The notes below the pieces were generated by a model. It ran no database searches and had not been told where the DNA came from. It saw only the letters and a list, made by a program, of their open reading frames with translations. A stretch of 61,354 nucleotides of DNA, filler included, from Deltaproteobacteria bacterium (lineage in GTDB: Bacteria > JAEEML01), in the NCBI GenBank assembly GCA_016283195.1. It is 6 parts of 6 records of this genome, joined end to end, with 100 filler letters (N's around TTAATTAATTAA, not from the genome) between each part and the next. Parts side by side here need not be neighbours in the genome. Positions count along the whole stretch, not along the records: positions 1 to 21,609 come from JAEEML010000047.1; 5 more parts are not named here. One strand, given 5' to 3'. Shown here piece after piece: positions 11,004 to 21,403 of this stretch. The position numbers and the translations under genes were made by a program. Numbering within the stretch: the first letter of the stretch is position 1; each line of letters begins with the position of its first letter.

Positions 11004-11923
11004 GGAAAGCGCTCCTTAGTACTGACGGTAATGGCTTTTTTCAGCTCGCGATAACGTTTGACAATATCGTCGCGGGTGAGGCTTCCCAGGCGCTCCAAAG
11101 AAAAGCCTTCAACAGTAAAAGAGGCCATGACCGTGCCAAAAATGGTGGCTTCGCAGAGATTTTCAAAAGATTTATCGCCGGTTGCCGCTAAATAGCCCAT
11201 AAAGCCGCCGGCAAAAGTATCGCCCGCGCCGGTCGGATCTTTGATAGTATTTAAAAGCATAGCCGGCATATTAAACCAGCGATCTTCGGCAAAGAGCAGA
11301 GCGCCATATTCGCCGCGCTTGATAATGAGGGTTTTTACGCCCATTTTAAGCACTTCGTTAGCGGCTTCTATGAGGTGATATTTGCCGGTTAAAAGGCGGG
11401 CCTCTGTTTCATTTAAAGTAAAAAGCGGCACCTTTTTAATGAGGCTTAAAAGCTCATCTCTTGTTTTATCAATCCAGAGATTCATGGTATCGCCGGAGAT
11501 AAAGCAGCCGGGAGCCATGTGGGCGGCTACATCCAGTTGCAAAGCCGGATGGATATTAGCCAAAAAGAGGTAAGGAGCCAGGGCAGCTTCGGGGCTGAGC
11601 TTGGGCACAAAAGTCTCAAAAACATTGAGCTGCGTATCCTCGGTGATGGCCTGGCTTAAATCTTTGTCATAGTGGCCCTTCCAGCGGAAGGAGCGCCCAC
11701 TGGCTTTTTCCAGCGAGGAGAGGTCAACTCCGTGTTTTTGCAAGAGATCTATGTGCTCGGCCGGAAAATCTTCGCCTACTACGCCGACAATGCCCACACC
11801 ATCTGTTAAATAAGAAGCAGCAACAGAGGCATAGCTGGTGGAGCCGCCAAGGACCTCTTTGCGCTCGCCAAAGGGAGTTTTTACAGAATCAAGAGCAATG
11901 GAACCAACAATTACCAGTTTCAT
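10997..11923 (-). CDS. PfkB/ribokinase-family carbohydrate kinase
   Basis: Motifs GSIALD, LGGS, NETEA, DPTGAGDTFAGG. Confidence 0.92.
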   Translation of the reverse strand: MKLVIVGSIALDSVKTPFGERKEVLGGSTSYASVAASYLTDGVGIVGVVGEDFPAEHIDLLQKHGVDLSSLEKASGRSFRWKGHYDKDLSQAITEDTQLNVFETFVPKLSPEAALAPYLFLANIHPALQLDVAAHMAPGCFISGDTMNLWIDKTRDELLSLIKKVPLFTLNETEARLLTGKYHLIEAANEVLKMGVKTLIIKRGEYGALLFAEDRWFNMPAMLLNTIKDPTGAGDTFAGGFMGYLAATGDKSFENLCEATIFGTVMASFTVEGFSLERLGSLTRDDIVKRYRELKKAITVSTKERFPW

Positions 11924-11985
11924 TTTGTGCCTTTACAGTTTGAGGGCCTTTCCCCTCAAAAAACATTGCGGCTACACTAGCACAA

Positions 11986-13191
11986 TTACATATTTCCTGC
12001 CATAGAGAAGGTTGGCAGATACATAGCGATAACCATACCACCGAGGACAACGGCCAGGCCGCCCATGATCACCGGCTCTAAGGCGGCCATCATGGTATCG
12101 ACGGCGTCATTCACTTCCTGATCATAAAAAGCGGCAACTTTATTGAGCATGGAATCCATGGCGCCGGTGGTCTCACCGACGGCCACCATTTGCACCACCA
12201 TAGTGGGGAAGATTGGTACATTGGCCATTTCGGCGGCAATACTTTTACCTTCGGCCACGCGGGCTTTGATAGTGTTGATACCTTCGGCCACCACCACATT
12301 GCCGGAAGCTTTGGCCACAATATCGAGCGCATCGATAATGGAAACGCCGGAAGAGAGCATAGTGCCGAGAGTGGAAGTAAAGCTGGAGACAGCCATCTTA
12401 GTGACAAGCGGGCCGAAAATAGGCGCTTTTAGCATTAAACTGTCCCAGAGATAGCGCCCTTTTTTAGTGGAGAGCGCTACTTTGTAGCCCACGACTATGC
12501 TGATTAAAACAGCAAAAATAGCTACGACATGGTCCTGGAAAAACTGTGAAATATCAATCATTAACTGGGTAGGCCAAGGCAATTCGTTGCCGCCGGCCAT
12601 AAACATTTCCTGAAAGACGGGGATAACCCAAACCATGAGGACGATGGTGGCTAAAATGGCCACTACCAAAATAATGGCCGGGTAGGTCATGGCGCCCTTC
12701 ACCCGCTTAATAATGTTGCTCGATTTTTCGATATGTTCGGAAATACGCACCATAATGGTATCGAGCACACCGCCGATTTCACCGGCCGCCACCATGTTGA
12801 CAAAAAGGGAATCAAAAACTTTGGGGTGCTTGGCCAGCGAATCGGCAAAAGTGGCACCGCCTTCAACGCTGGTTTTTACTTCCAAAAGCACCCGGCGAAA
12901 TTCGGGGTTTTCGGCCTGTTTGCCCAAAAGGTCAAGACATTGTACTAGAGGCAGACCGGAGGTGACCATGGTGGAAAACTGCTTGGTAAAAATGATTAAA
13001 TCCCGCGTGGTTACCTTGGCACCAAGGCCGGGAATTTTTAACTGTATATCTTTGGGCTTTTTCTTGATTTTAACTGGCACAAGCCCTTGAGACATGAGGC
13101 GTTGGCGTACCTGCGCTTCGCTGTCGGCCTCCATCTCGCCTTCTTTTACTTTGCCATTACGCTGTTTGGCTTCCCATTTAAATTCCGCCAC
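11986..13191 (-). CDS. pilC: Type IV pilus platform protein PilC
   Basis: T2SSF repeats (AGEIGGVLD, VGETTGAMD, EP..M); pilB-pilT-pilC order. Confidence 0.95.
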   Translation of the reverse strand: MAEFKWEAKQRNGKVKEGEMEADSEAQVRQRLMSQGLVPVKIKKKPKDIQLKIPGLGAKVTTRDLIIFTKQFSTMVTSGLPLVQCLDLLGKQAENPEFRRVLLEVKTSVEGGATFADSLAKHPKVFDSLFVNMVAAGEIGGVLDTIMVRISEHIEKSSNIIKRVKGAMTYPAIILVVAILATIVLMVWVIPVFQEMFMAGGNELPWPTQLMIDISQFFQDHVVAIFAVLISIVVGYKVALSTKKGRYLWDSLMLKAPIFGPLVTKMAVSSFTSTLGTMLSSGVSIIDALDIVAKASGNVVVAEGINTIKARVAEGKSIAAEMANVPIFPTMVVQMVAVGETTGAMDSMLNKVAAFYDQEVNDAVDTMMAALEPVIMGGLAVVLGGMVIAMYLPTFSMAGNM

Positions 13192-13194
13192 AGC

Positions 13195-14301
13195 TTATCT
13201 CCTCTGCATCTGCATAGCGTTATTGGGCATAGCGCCGTTTTTGGCCATTGTTTGCTTCATCTCATCAAGCTCGGTACTGCGTTCCAGCGCTGTTTCCTGG
13301 GAAATAATGCGCCGCTGGAAGAGCGAAAACAGGCACTGGTTCATAGTTTGCATACCTGTTAAGGCCTGGCCGACTTGCATTTGTGAATATATTTGGTGAG
13401 TCTTTTCTTCGCGGATCAGATTGCGAATAGCCGGATTGGGGATCATAATCTCGGCGGCCAGAATACGCCCGCCGCCAACTTTGGGCACCAGTTGCTGCGA
13501 GATAACCGCCTCCAGAACAAAGGAGAGCTGGGCGCGCACCTGGGGCTGCTGATGCGGCGGGAAGATATCGAGAATACGGTTTATTGTTTGCACAGCGCTG
13601 TTGGTGTGCAAGGTACCCAAACAAAGGTGGCCCGTTTCGGCAATGGCGAGAGCCGCTTCCACGGTTTCCATATCGCGCATTTCGCCGATGAGCACAATAT
13701 CGGGATCCTGCCGCAAGACATAGCGCAGAGCGTCTTTAAAGGACTTGGTATCGCTACCGACTTCGCGCTGATTGACCAGGCAGTTTTTGTGCGGATGGAG
13801 AAACTCGATAGGATCTTCAATAGTCAAAATGTGGTGATGCTGGCTCTCGTTAATGCGGTCGATAAAAGAAGCCAAAGTAGTGGTTTTACCGGAACCTGTC
13901 GGCCCGGTGACCAGAATAAGGCCGCGCGGACGAGTTGTCAGCTCAATAACCGATTTTGGCAGGCCTAAAGAGTCAAATGGCGGAATTTTAAAGGGCACCA
14001 CGCGGATAGCGGCCGCCACGGCACCGCGCTGCACAAAGATATTAGCGCGAAAACGCGAAAGATCTTTAACGCCGAAACTGAGATCGAGTTCGCTCGATTC
14101 TTCAAATTTGCGTTTTTGCTCTTCGGTCAAAATAGAGTAACAGAGCTGCCGGGTGTCGGTTGGAGTGAGTACCGGCAACTTAAGGGGCACCAATTTGCCG
14201 TCGATACGCAGTTGTGGCGGGGTGCCGGTGGTGATGTGTAAATCGGAAGCGCCATTTTTGATAATGGCTTGCAAAAGTGCATGTAAAGTATAATCAGCCA
14301 C
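13195..14301 (-). CDS. pilT: Type IV pilus retraction ATPase PilT
   Basis: Motifs GPTGSGKTTT, TIEDPIE, LRQDPD, AIRNLIRE. Confidence 0.96.
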   Translation of the reverse strand: MADYTLHALLQAIIKNGASDLHITTGTPPQLRIDGKLVPLKLPVLTPTDTRQLCYSILTEEQKRKFEESSELDLSFGVKDLSRFRANIFVQRGAVAAAIRVVPFKIPPFDSLGLPKSVIELTTRPRGLILVTGPTGSGKTTTLASFIDRINESQHHHILTIEDPIEFLHPHKNCLVNQREVGSDTKSFKDALRYVLRQDPDIVLIGEMRDMETVEAALAIAETGHLCLGTLHTNSAVQTINRILDIFPPHQQPQVRAQLSFVLEAVISQQLVPKVGGGRILAAEIMIPNPAIRNLIREEKTHQIYSQMQVGQALTGMQTMNQCLFSLFQRRIISQETALERSTELDEMKQTMAKNGAMPNNAMQMQRR

Positions 14302-14320
14302 AGTTATCTTGCCTCACAGG

Positions 14321-16030
14321 TTAATCGGCCACAGAGCAGCGCAGGACTTCTTCAACAGTTGTCATGCCCAGGCGCAATTTGTTAAGCGCAGCGGCGCGCA
14401 GTGTTTGCATGCCGTTTTGGATAGCTACCGCCTTGAGCTCGGCCGAGGAGGCGCCGTTTAAGACGGCCTCACGAATGGGATCGGAACAAACAAGAACTTC
14501 ATAAAGAGCCACACGGCCCTTGTAACCGGTATTGGAGCACTTTTCGCAGCCGCGCCCCTTATAGAGCTTGAAGGTGCCAATCTCCTCCGGCTTGATTTGG
14601 ATATCCAGGAGCGTTTGGTCGGGCACAGTTATCTCTTCTTTGCAATTTTCGCAAATGCGGCGGGCAAGACGCTGAGCCAAAATGGCGTTTAAAGCTGCGG
14701 TGATGAGGAAGGGCTCAACACCCATGTTCAAAAGACGGCTCACCGTACTTGGCGCGTCGTTGGTGTGCAAAGTAGAGAGCACCATGTGGCCGGTAAGAGC
14801 AGCTTTGATAGCAATTTCAGCTGTTTCAAAGTCACGAATCTCTCCAACCATGATGATATCGGGATCCTGCCGCAAGAAGGAGCGCAGAGCGGCGGAGAAG
14901 TTGAGGCCGATATCTTCGTGCATCTGCACCTGGTTAATACCGCCCAAGTTGAATTCCACCGGGTCTTCGGCGGTGGAAATATTTTCGGAAACTTTATTGA
15001 GCTCAGAGAGAGCCGAGTAAAGAGTAGTGGTTTTACCGGAACCGGTGGGGCCGGTAACGAGCACCATGCCGAAGGGCTTATGAATAGCCGATTTAAAGTC
15101 GCTTAGGGGCTTGGGCTCAAAGCCCAGCTTGGTCATATCGAGCTGCAAGTTGCTCTTATCGAGAAGACGGAGAACGATTTTTTCGCCAAAGAGGCAGGGC
15201 AAAACGGAGACACGGAAGTCCATATCTTTGCCGCCGCCGAATTTGAGCTTGATACGGCCATCCTGCGGCAGACGGCGCTCGGCAATGTCGAGGTTACTCA
15301 TAATTTTGATACGGCTGGTGATGGCGTTTTTGAGCTTTAAGGGCGGTGTCATCACTTCGTAAAGCACGCCATCGATGCGGTAGCGCACGCGGAAGGATTT
15401 TTCATAAGGCTCAATGTGAATATCGGAGGCGTGGCGCTTGATGGCATCCATCAAAATAAGGTTGACGAGGCGCACCACCGGGGCGTCTTCGGCTGACTTG
15501 GCGAGGTCAACGGAGTTTAGCTCCTCCTCTTCTTCGCCGACTTCGATATCTTCGTCGTTAAAGCCCTCCATCACCTCTTCATAAGCGGCGCTGCTGTCAT
15601 CGGCTTTACTACCGGCGTAATATTTATCAATAGCACTTCTGATAGCGCTTTCGGAGGCCACAACAACTTCAATATTTAAGCTGGTTTGGAACTTTAGCTC
15701 ATCTATAGCCAAAAGGTTTGAGGGATCGGCCATGGCCACGATAAGGGTGGAACCAGCTCGGTTAATAGCAATGGCGAGATGTTTTACGGCCACATCTTTG
15801 GGAATGAGCTTTACAACTTCTTCGTCTATCGGCTGCTCTTCCAGATTGATGGCCGGCACCCCGAATTTTTTGGAAATAAAGCCAGTGAGCTGCTTTTCAT
15901 CAACGAGGCCGAGCTTAACAAGAGAAGCGCCCAGGCGCCCGCCCTCTTTTTTGGCGCTTATTTGCGCTTGTTGCAATTGTTCAAGGGAAATAACGTGATC
16001 CTGTACTAATAATGTTCCTAAATGGCTCAT
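14321..16030 (-). CDS. pilB: Type IV pilus assembly ATPase PilB
   Basis: MshEN-like N-terminus, ASDIHIEP, GPTGSGKTTTLY, tetracysteine motif, GRVALYE. Confidence 0.96.
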   Translation of the reverse strand: MSHLGTLLVQDHVISLEQLQQAQISAKKEGGRLGASLVKLGLVDEKQLTGFISKKFGVPAINLEEQPIDEEVVKLIPKDVAVKHLAIAINRAGSTLIVAMADPSNLLAIDELKFQTSLNIEVVVASESAIRSAIDKYYAGSKADDSSAAYEEVMEGFNDEDIEVGEEEEELNSVDLAKSAEDAPVVRLVNLILMDAIKRHASDIHIEPYEKSFRVRYRIDGVLYEVMTPPLKLKNAITSRIKIMSNLDIAERRLPQDGRIKLKFGGGKDMDFRVSVLPCLFGEKIVLRLLDKSNLQLDMTKLGFEPKPLSDFKSAIHKPFGMVLVTGPTGSGKTTTLYSALSELNKVSENISTAEDPVEFNLGGINQVQMHEDIGLNFSAALRSFLRQDPDIIMVGEIRDFETAEIAIKAALTGHMVLSTLHTNDAPSTVSRLLNMGVEPFLITAALNAILAQRLARRICENCKEEITVPDQTLLDIQIKPEEIGTFKLYKGRGCEKCSNTGYKGRVALYEVLVCSDPIREAVLNGASSAELKAVAIQNGMQTLRAAALNKLRLGMTTVEEVLRCSVAD

Positions 16031-16098
16031 TGTCTCTCCGCGTGTAAACTGCTATGTTAACGCCAAGGGTCAAATCCTGACGATAATTACACCGCGCT

Positions 16099-16127
16099 AC
16101 TATAGAACACTGAAGGGCGCTTGTCTA
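16099..16127 (-). promoter_or_regulatory. Sigma70-like promoter for the pilB operon
   Basis: TAGACA-17 nt-TATAGT on the minus strand, about 70 nt upstream of pilB. Confidence 0.55.
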
Positions 16128-16309
16128 AAACTTATTTCTTAATAAAGTCATATTTTGTGATAAAAATCCTTTACAAGCAAGCCTGAATTACTGCTGATGA
16201 TGTGGTTGTAAATTGCCTTAAGACAGCCTTTGGCTAATGTGACCGATAAAAGCGGCAAAAAATCGATATATATAAGACTCTTTGAAAAAGATTTATTGGC
16301 AGGCTGGGC

Positions 16310-18160
16310 TCAGTCGGCAAAGACGACAAAGCCGGCAGTGTTATTAGTTGCCAGAGCGGCACAGTTAGATTGGCAAGTGCTACTGCAATCACCAACCGCT
16401 GGGGATATTGAGACAGGAATTGGGTCTGAAGAACCTATTAGTGTAATAGTTTGGCCGGAAATTTGATAAGCTCCGCCAACAAGTACAGGATTGGTAAGAT
16501 TAGGTGAGAGGGTGATTGTGCTGTCACTGGCTTTAGTGGCTCCTTTGCCTCTAAAAGCGGTTATTTTGCCTTTGCATACGCATGTGCCGCTACAGCTTGA
16601 GCCACTTGGGCTGCCACTACAATTCCAGGTTGGACATGAGCCATGAACAAAGCTGTAAGTTACTTGTCCATAGGCTTTGGGCGCGTAAATGCCATTTAAT
16701 TTAGCTTGAGAAACAGAGCTGTTCTCCAGTTCAGCTCCGGAGACGCAATTAGTGCAACTTAAATCTTTAGCTACATTGGCTGTGCCGACGGTGGCAGAGG
16801 CATAAGCGGTGGCTTTTTGTATTTTGCCGTTGCTATCAACATAAACTGGTGTAGTGCTGTCGCCGATAGCCGGGTGGCTGCTTGAGGAGCCGATAGCGGC
16901 GGCATAGCTGGCATTGGTGGCATTTGCTGCGTTGGTGGCATTGGTAGCATTAGTGGCGTTTGTAGCGTTTGTAGCACTCGTGGCATTGGTAGCGTTATCG
17001 GCATTGGTGGCTTTGCCAACCGACAGTTTAGACATAGTAACTGCCACCGGCACACCATTACTAAAATAGACCGGGTTAGAATCGCTACCGGCATTGGTAT
17101 TTAATTTGTTGGCACTTGCAGCTGTGCCGCTAATAGTGCCGCTTACTGTCATGCCGCTATTGTTAATGGTGACGAGCGGAGAGGCGCTATTGGCAGAAGC
17201 GATAGACAAAGCGCCGTCATTAGCTGTTATTACAAAGTTTTTGTCATCATCTAAATCTTCCAGCATAATTTGCGGCACGGTATCGGCAATAACGGCTTCA
17301 ACGCCTGTTTCACCGCCGGCGGCGCGTATATGTAACGGAGCTGCCGGTTTGCCGGTGCCGAGGCCCAATTTGCCGCCGTCCAAAACGGCTACAGACGGCT
17401 GCGGAGCTAATATGCCGCTGCGTTTATAGACGATAAAAAGACCGCCGTACTGGTCATAACATTTTTCGCCTTCATCTTCTTCGCTTTGAAAGCTGTTTTC
17501 ACCGCAGTTAGGGCTGCCACTATCTTTATCGCATGAACAAGCAGAAATACCGGCTGGGGCACTGGTTTCTGAGCTATCTTTATCGTAGCTAAAAACGCCG
17601 GACATATATTTACCTTTGTTGTTAATGCCTATCCGCCCGTTTTCTTCGTCGATGCTTAAAACGCTGGCACATTCCCATTCGGTTCTGGCGTCGTTATAAC
17701 GTAAAGAAGCACTGTCGCCGCAGTTGGGCAGAGCGCTATCTTGCATGGCGCTGAAGCTTAAATGCTTTGGTGTGATGCAGCCTTTACATTCAATGTTAGC
17801 ACTAATTGCGGAATACTCGGCGGCCAGAGCATAAGGAACGCTGGCAATCGGAAGGCGTGGTTCCAGCTCGGCACCGTCAATGCTGACAGCCAGCAAAAGC
17901 TGCGCGGCATCAGCCACCGCCGCAACATCAATGTTGTCGATGGTTAAGGCATATAAGCCGGCTTCAATATCAAGTTGTTCCTCTTTTTCCCCAATGATGG
18001 AATTGACCTCATTATAAATGGTGGCTTTGATGAGATGCGAGCCGTTTACCAGTTCGCCATCCTCTTTAAGCACCCCATGGTGAGTAAAAGAGAGCGGCAC
18101 GGCAGCATAAGCGGTGCCGGAGAAAAGCAGAACAAGAGCTAACATCATGAAATTGCGCAT
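16310..18160 (-). CDS. Secreted mosaic tail-fibre/adhesin-like protein
   Basis: ATG 18160 with AGGAG; signal peptide; VPLSFTHHGVL and PRLPIASVPYALAA motifs; GLGTGKP..PLHI; PVYF/PVYV segments; NAT repeats; Cys-rich C-terminus. Confidence 0.65.
   Translation of the reverse strand: MRNFMMLALVLLFSGTAYAAVPLSFTHHGVLKEDGELVNGSHLIKATIYNEVNSIIGEKEEQLDIEAGLYALTIDNIDVAAVADAAQLLLAVSIDGAELEPRLPIASVPYALAAEYSAISANIECKGCITPKHLSFSAMQDSALPNCGDSASLRYNDARTEWECASVLSIDEENGRIGINNKGKYMSGVFSYDKDSSETSAPAGISACSCDKDSGSPNCGENSFQSEEDEGEKCYDQYGGLFIVYKRSGILAPQPSVAVLDGGKLGLGTGKPAAPLHIRAAGGETGVEAVIADTVPQIMLEDLDDDKNFVITANDGALSIASANSASPLVTINNSGMTVSGTISGTAASANKLNTNAGSDSNPVYFSNGVPVAVTMSKLSVGKATNADNATNATSATNATNATNATNATNAANATNASYAAAIGSSSSHPAIGDSTTPVYVDSNGKIQKATAYASATVGTANVAKDLSCTNCVSGAELENSSVSQAKLNGIYAPKAYGQVTYSFVHGSCPTWNCSGSPSGSSCSGTCVCKGKITAFRGKGATKASDSTITLSPNLTNPVLVGGAYQISGQTITLIGSSDPIPVSISPAVGDCSSTCQSNCAALATNNTAGFVVFAD
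16911..17011 (-). repeat. Degenerate 9-bp coding tandem repeat (Asn-Ala-Thr)n
   Basis: Encodes ATNADNATNATSATNATNATNATNATNAANATNA. Confidence 0.85.
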
Positions 18161-18424
18161 ATTATTTCTCCTTTTAAAGCATTGCCTATAAGTTGTGGCA
18201 ACCATTTGCACTCAGTAGTCAGGCTTATGACAAAACCACATTGAGCCGGCAAAAAGTTGCAAGCTCAATAAAAACGCAAATTATATAATAGTGCAAATCG
18301 GCGGCCGGATAAAGGGAAAACATTGGTGTGTGCTTCTTTTCGGCCCCATATAATTGCCAAAGTGTTATAAGATGTTTAAAAACAAAACAGCCATGCCCAG
18401 ATGGGCACTTCATAGAGGTTTATT

Positions 18425-19036
18425 GTGCGTACCTATATTGATCTTTTTCTCACTTTTGCCAAAGTTGGAGTCACCACCTTTGGCGGCGGCTACGCCATGT
18501 TGCCCATTTTGGAGCGCGAGGTGGTGGAAAACAAAAAATGGGCAACAACCGGCGAGCTTAGCGACTATTTTGCCATCGGCCAATGCACTCCTGGCATTAT
18601 TGCAGTAAATACCGCCACTTTTATCGGTAGCAAACAAAAGGGTATTTTGGGCGCCGTCTTTGCTACTTTGGGCCTGGCCTGCCCCGGCATTATTATCATC
18701 TCACTTTTGGCCGCCGGCCTCAGTCATTTTAACGAAATGAGCGCCGTGGGACATGCTTTTAACGGCCTTAGAGCCGCTATTTGCGTGCTCATCATCAATG
18801 CGGTAATAAAGCTCGGTAAATCTTCTTTAAAAGATGCTTTCTCTCTTTTTCTCTTTTTAGCTGTCCTGGCCGCCGCCCTCTTTTTTAAAATTTCCCCGGC
18901 TCTTTTGGTGCTTAGCTGCGGCTTTTTGGGCCTCTTAGTGGGGCTGTTTAAGGGCCGAAGAAGCGCCAGCAGCAGTAGCGGGGTTAGTGGGGAGAGTGGA
19001 GCCGAAAACGCTGCCCAGGAGGCCAAAAAGTTATGA
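18425..19036 (+). CDS. Short-chain chromate transporter (CHR), first half
   Basis: Motifs TFGGGYAM and GQCTPG. Confidence 0.9.
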   Translation: MRTYIDLFLTFAKVGVTTFGGGYAMLPILEREVVENKKWATTGELSDYFAIGQCTPGIIAVNTATFIGSKQKGILGAVFATLGLACPGIIIISLLAAGLSHFNEMSAVGHAFNGLRAAICVLIINAVIKLGKSSLKDAFSLFLFLAVLAAALFFKISPALLVLSCGFLGLLVGLFKGRRSASSSSGVSGESGAENAAQEAKKL

Positions 19037-19614
19037 TTTTTCTTCGTCTTTTTTATGAATTTTTTATAGTGGGGCTTTTCTCGGTGGGCGGCGGCCTCTC
19101 CACCATCCCTTTTTTGGCCAATATGGGGGAAAATACCGGCTGGTTTACTCTGTCCGATCTCACCAATATGATTGCCGTCAGCGAATCGACCCCCGGCCCC
19201 TTAGGCATCAATATGGCCACCTATGTGGGCTTTAGTGTGGCCGGAGCCGGCGGAGCGCTGGCGGCGGTTTTGGGCCTTATGGCTCCATCGGTGATTATAG
19301 TTTTAATAATTGCCACTTTTCTTAATAAATTCCGCAATAATCACCATGTGGAGGCCGTTTTTCACGGTTTGCGCCCGGCTTCCACCGCTCTTATTGCCGC
19401 CGCCGCTTTTAGCGTCATTACCATGTCGCTAATTACCATAGAGCGCCCCGCCGGCGGGCCATTCTGGGCGATATCGGGGCTCACTTGGCACTTACCGGCC
19501 ATTATTTTGGCTGGGGCTATTTTGCTGCTCACTCACCTGCCAAAAGTCAAAAAGCTGCACCCGGTGGTCTGGCTCGCCTTCTCGGCGGCTATGGGGATAA
19601 TTTTTGAGATCTAA
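19033..19614 (+). CDS. Short-chain chromate transporter (CHR), second half
   Basis: Motifs SVGGGLS and SESTPGP; ATGA overlap with the first half. Confidence 0.9.
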   Translation: MIFLRLFYEFFIVGLFSVGGGLSTIPFLANMGENTGWFTLSDLTNMIAVSESTPGPLGINMATYVGFSVAGAGGALAAVLGLMAPSVIIVLIIATFLNKFRNNHHVEAVFHGLRPASTALIAAAAFSVITMSLITIERPAGGPFWAISGLTWHLPAIILAGAILLLTHLPKVKKLHPVVWLAFSAAMGIIFEI

Positions 19615-19626
19615 CAAAAGATATAA

Positions 19627-21201
19627 CTAGCGGTTTTTCTTTTGATTCATATAATACTTATGCCGAAAAATGGCGGCTTTGGCCAAAAGGTCTCCATCTA
19701 AAGTCATATTGGGAAAACCGGCCGGGTTACAATTATAACACTTGCCGCAGGGGGCGGGGTTTTCTTCGCCGAGAGCCCGCTGCATAAAGGCCATGAGGCA
19801 GCCCTTTTCTCTGATATAGCGACTCATTTCCAGCACCTCGGCTTCTCTTATCGCCTTAAGGCGCTTCTGATATTTTTTGTCCAGGCGGAAGCTGTCAAAA
19901 GTAGGACTTTTTTGCCAGGTAAAGGGCCCGCTGGCCAAAATCGGCGCTCCGGGCGCGGCGGCCAGGTAGTTTAAAAGTTCGCCGCTTTTTTCTTTGGAAA
20001 TACCTGATAAATCGGCAATATCATCTGAGGGCAGCGCTTCATCCACTTCCTCAAAAACATGCAAAATATTATAAATTTCTTCATCTTTTGGCCCGCTATT
20101 CTCAATGAAAAAAGCGGCTAAATCGTCATCCTCCTCTCCTTCTGCCAAAAGGCCGAAGGAGAGCTGGCCGCCGCGCCCGGCCCGGCCCACCTGCTGATAA
20201 TAGTGCACCACCGAGGCCGGGCGCTGATAATGGAGGACAAAGGCTAAATCCGGCTTATCAAAGCCCATGCCGAGGGCCACCGTGGAGACGAGAGCTTTTA
20301 GCTTATTCTGCTGCAAAAGGGCCTCGAGCTCCTCTTTGCTATACGGGTCCGGCCCTTTTTGCAATTTGGCGTGATAGGCTTCGGCAGCAAAGCCAGAGCT
20401 CTTGAGCCAGGCGGCAATCATGGCGCATTCACTGGTAGTTTGCGCATATATGAGGCCGCTCCCGGGGATTTGCTCCAACATGCTGGCCAGCCAGGCCAGG
20501 CGGCTTTCGCGGCTCATGAGGCGCAGATTCATAAGCCGCAGATTTTTGCGCACTAGCGAGCCTCTAAGCACTTTTAAATTATCGCCCAGCTGCTCCTTTA
20601 TATCTAAAAGCACCCGCTTATTGGCTGTCGCCGTGGTGGCCAAAATAGGCACACTGGCCGGTAAATTTGGCAGAATTTCCCTGATGCGCCGATATTCCGG
20701 GCGAAATTCGTGCCCCCAATCGGAGATGCAATGGGCTTCGTCGATAACCAAAAGGCCAATATTATAATTGAGTAATTCCAGGAAATTTTCCTTAAAAAGC
20801 CGGTTATTAAGCCGCTCCGGCGCCACAATCAGCACATCGAGGCGGTTCTCTTTTATAGCGCTAAAAATCGCCTCCCACTCCGGCTTATTGGCACTATTTA
20901 TAAAAGCGGCTTTGAGCCCCAGCCGCTCAGCCGCCTCCTGCTGATTGCGCATAAGCGCCAAAAGGGGAGAAATGAGGAGCGTGGGCCCGGCGCCTTTGGC
21001 CCGGCGCAGCTTAGTGGAGACAAAATAGACCATGCTCTTGCCCCAGCCGGTCGCTTGAATAACCAAAAGGCGCCCGCCTTTAAGGAGAGTCTCAATAGCC
21101 ACATCCTGGCCATCGCGAAACTCCGCCTCTGGGTTATTCATGGCCTGGCGGAAACAGCTTAGCGGGGTCAATTCGCCAATATTACATGGTATTTTAGCCA
21201 T
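19627..21201 (-). CDS. RecQ-family ATP-dependent DNA helicase
   Basis: Motifs ATGWGKS, DEAHCISDWGHEFRP, GMGFDKPD, YYQQVGRAGR, C-terminal CGKCYNC. Confidence 0.92.
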   Translation of the reverse strand: MAKIPCNIGELTPLSCFRQAMNNPEAEFRDGQDVAIETLLKGGRLLVIQATGWGKSMVYFVSTKLRRAKGAGPTLLISPLLALMRNQQEAAERLGLKAAFINSANKPEWEAIFSAIKENRLDVLIVAPERLNNRLFKENFLELLNYNIGLLVIDEAHCISDWGHEFRPEYRRIREILPNLPASVPILATTATANKRVLLDIKEQLGDNLKVLRGSLVRKNLRLMNLRLMSRESRLAWLASMLEQIPGSGLIYAQTTSECAMIAAWLKSSGFAAEAYHAKLQKGPDPYSKEELEALLQQNKLKALVSTVALGMGFDKPDLAFVLHYQRPASVVHYYQQVGRAGRGGQLSFGLLAEGEEDDDLAAFFIENSGPKDEEIYNILHVFEEVDEALPSDDIADLSGISKEKSGELLNYLAAAPGAPILASGPFTWQKSPTFDSFRLDKKYQKRLKAIREAEVLEMSRYIREKGCLMAFMQRALGEENPAPCGKCYNCNPAGFPNMTLDGDLLAKAAIFRHKYYMNQKKNR

Positions 21202-21403
21202 AAAATTTCTCTTTCCATTAGCGGATATGCATCTATTAGACGCGATTAATTACCTCTTTTGCTATCACTCGCGGGCGGAAATGGCAAGAGGAAAAGCTGT
21301 TTATGGGCACTTCTATAGCAGCGCATTGAGGCAGAAAATTGCCCTCATGGGTAAAGCAGGTGAATTTTTTGTTAAAAAGAAAATAACTTGGGGCTAGTTT
21401 AGA

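Noticed and set aside
16051-16065. Sigma-54-like GG-N10-GC upstream of pilB
   Set aside because: Imperfect, and it would start transcription inside the RBS. A good sigma70 pair lies further upstream.
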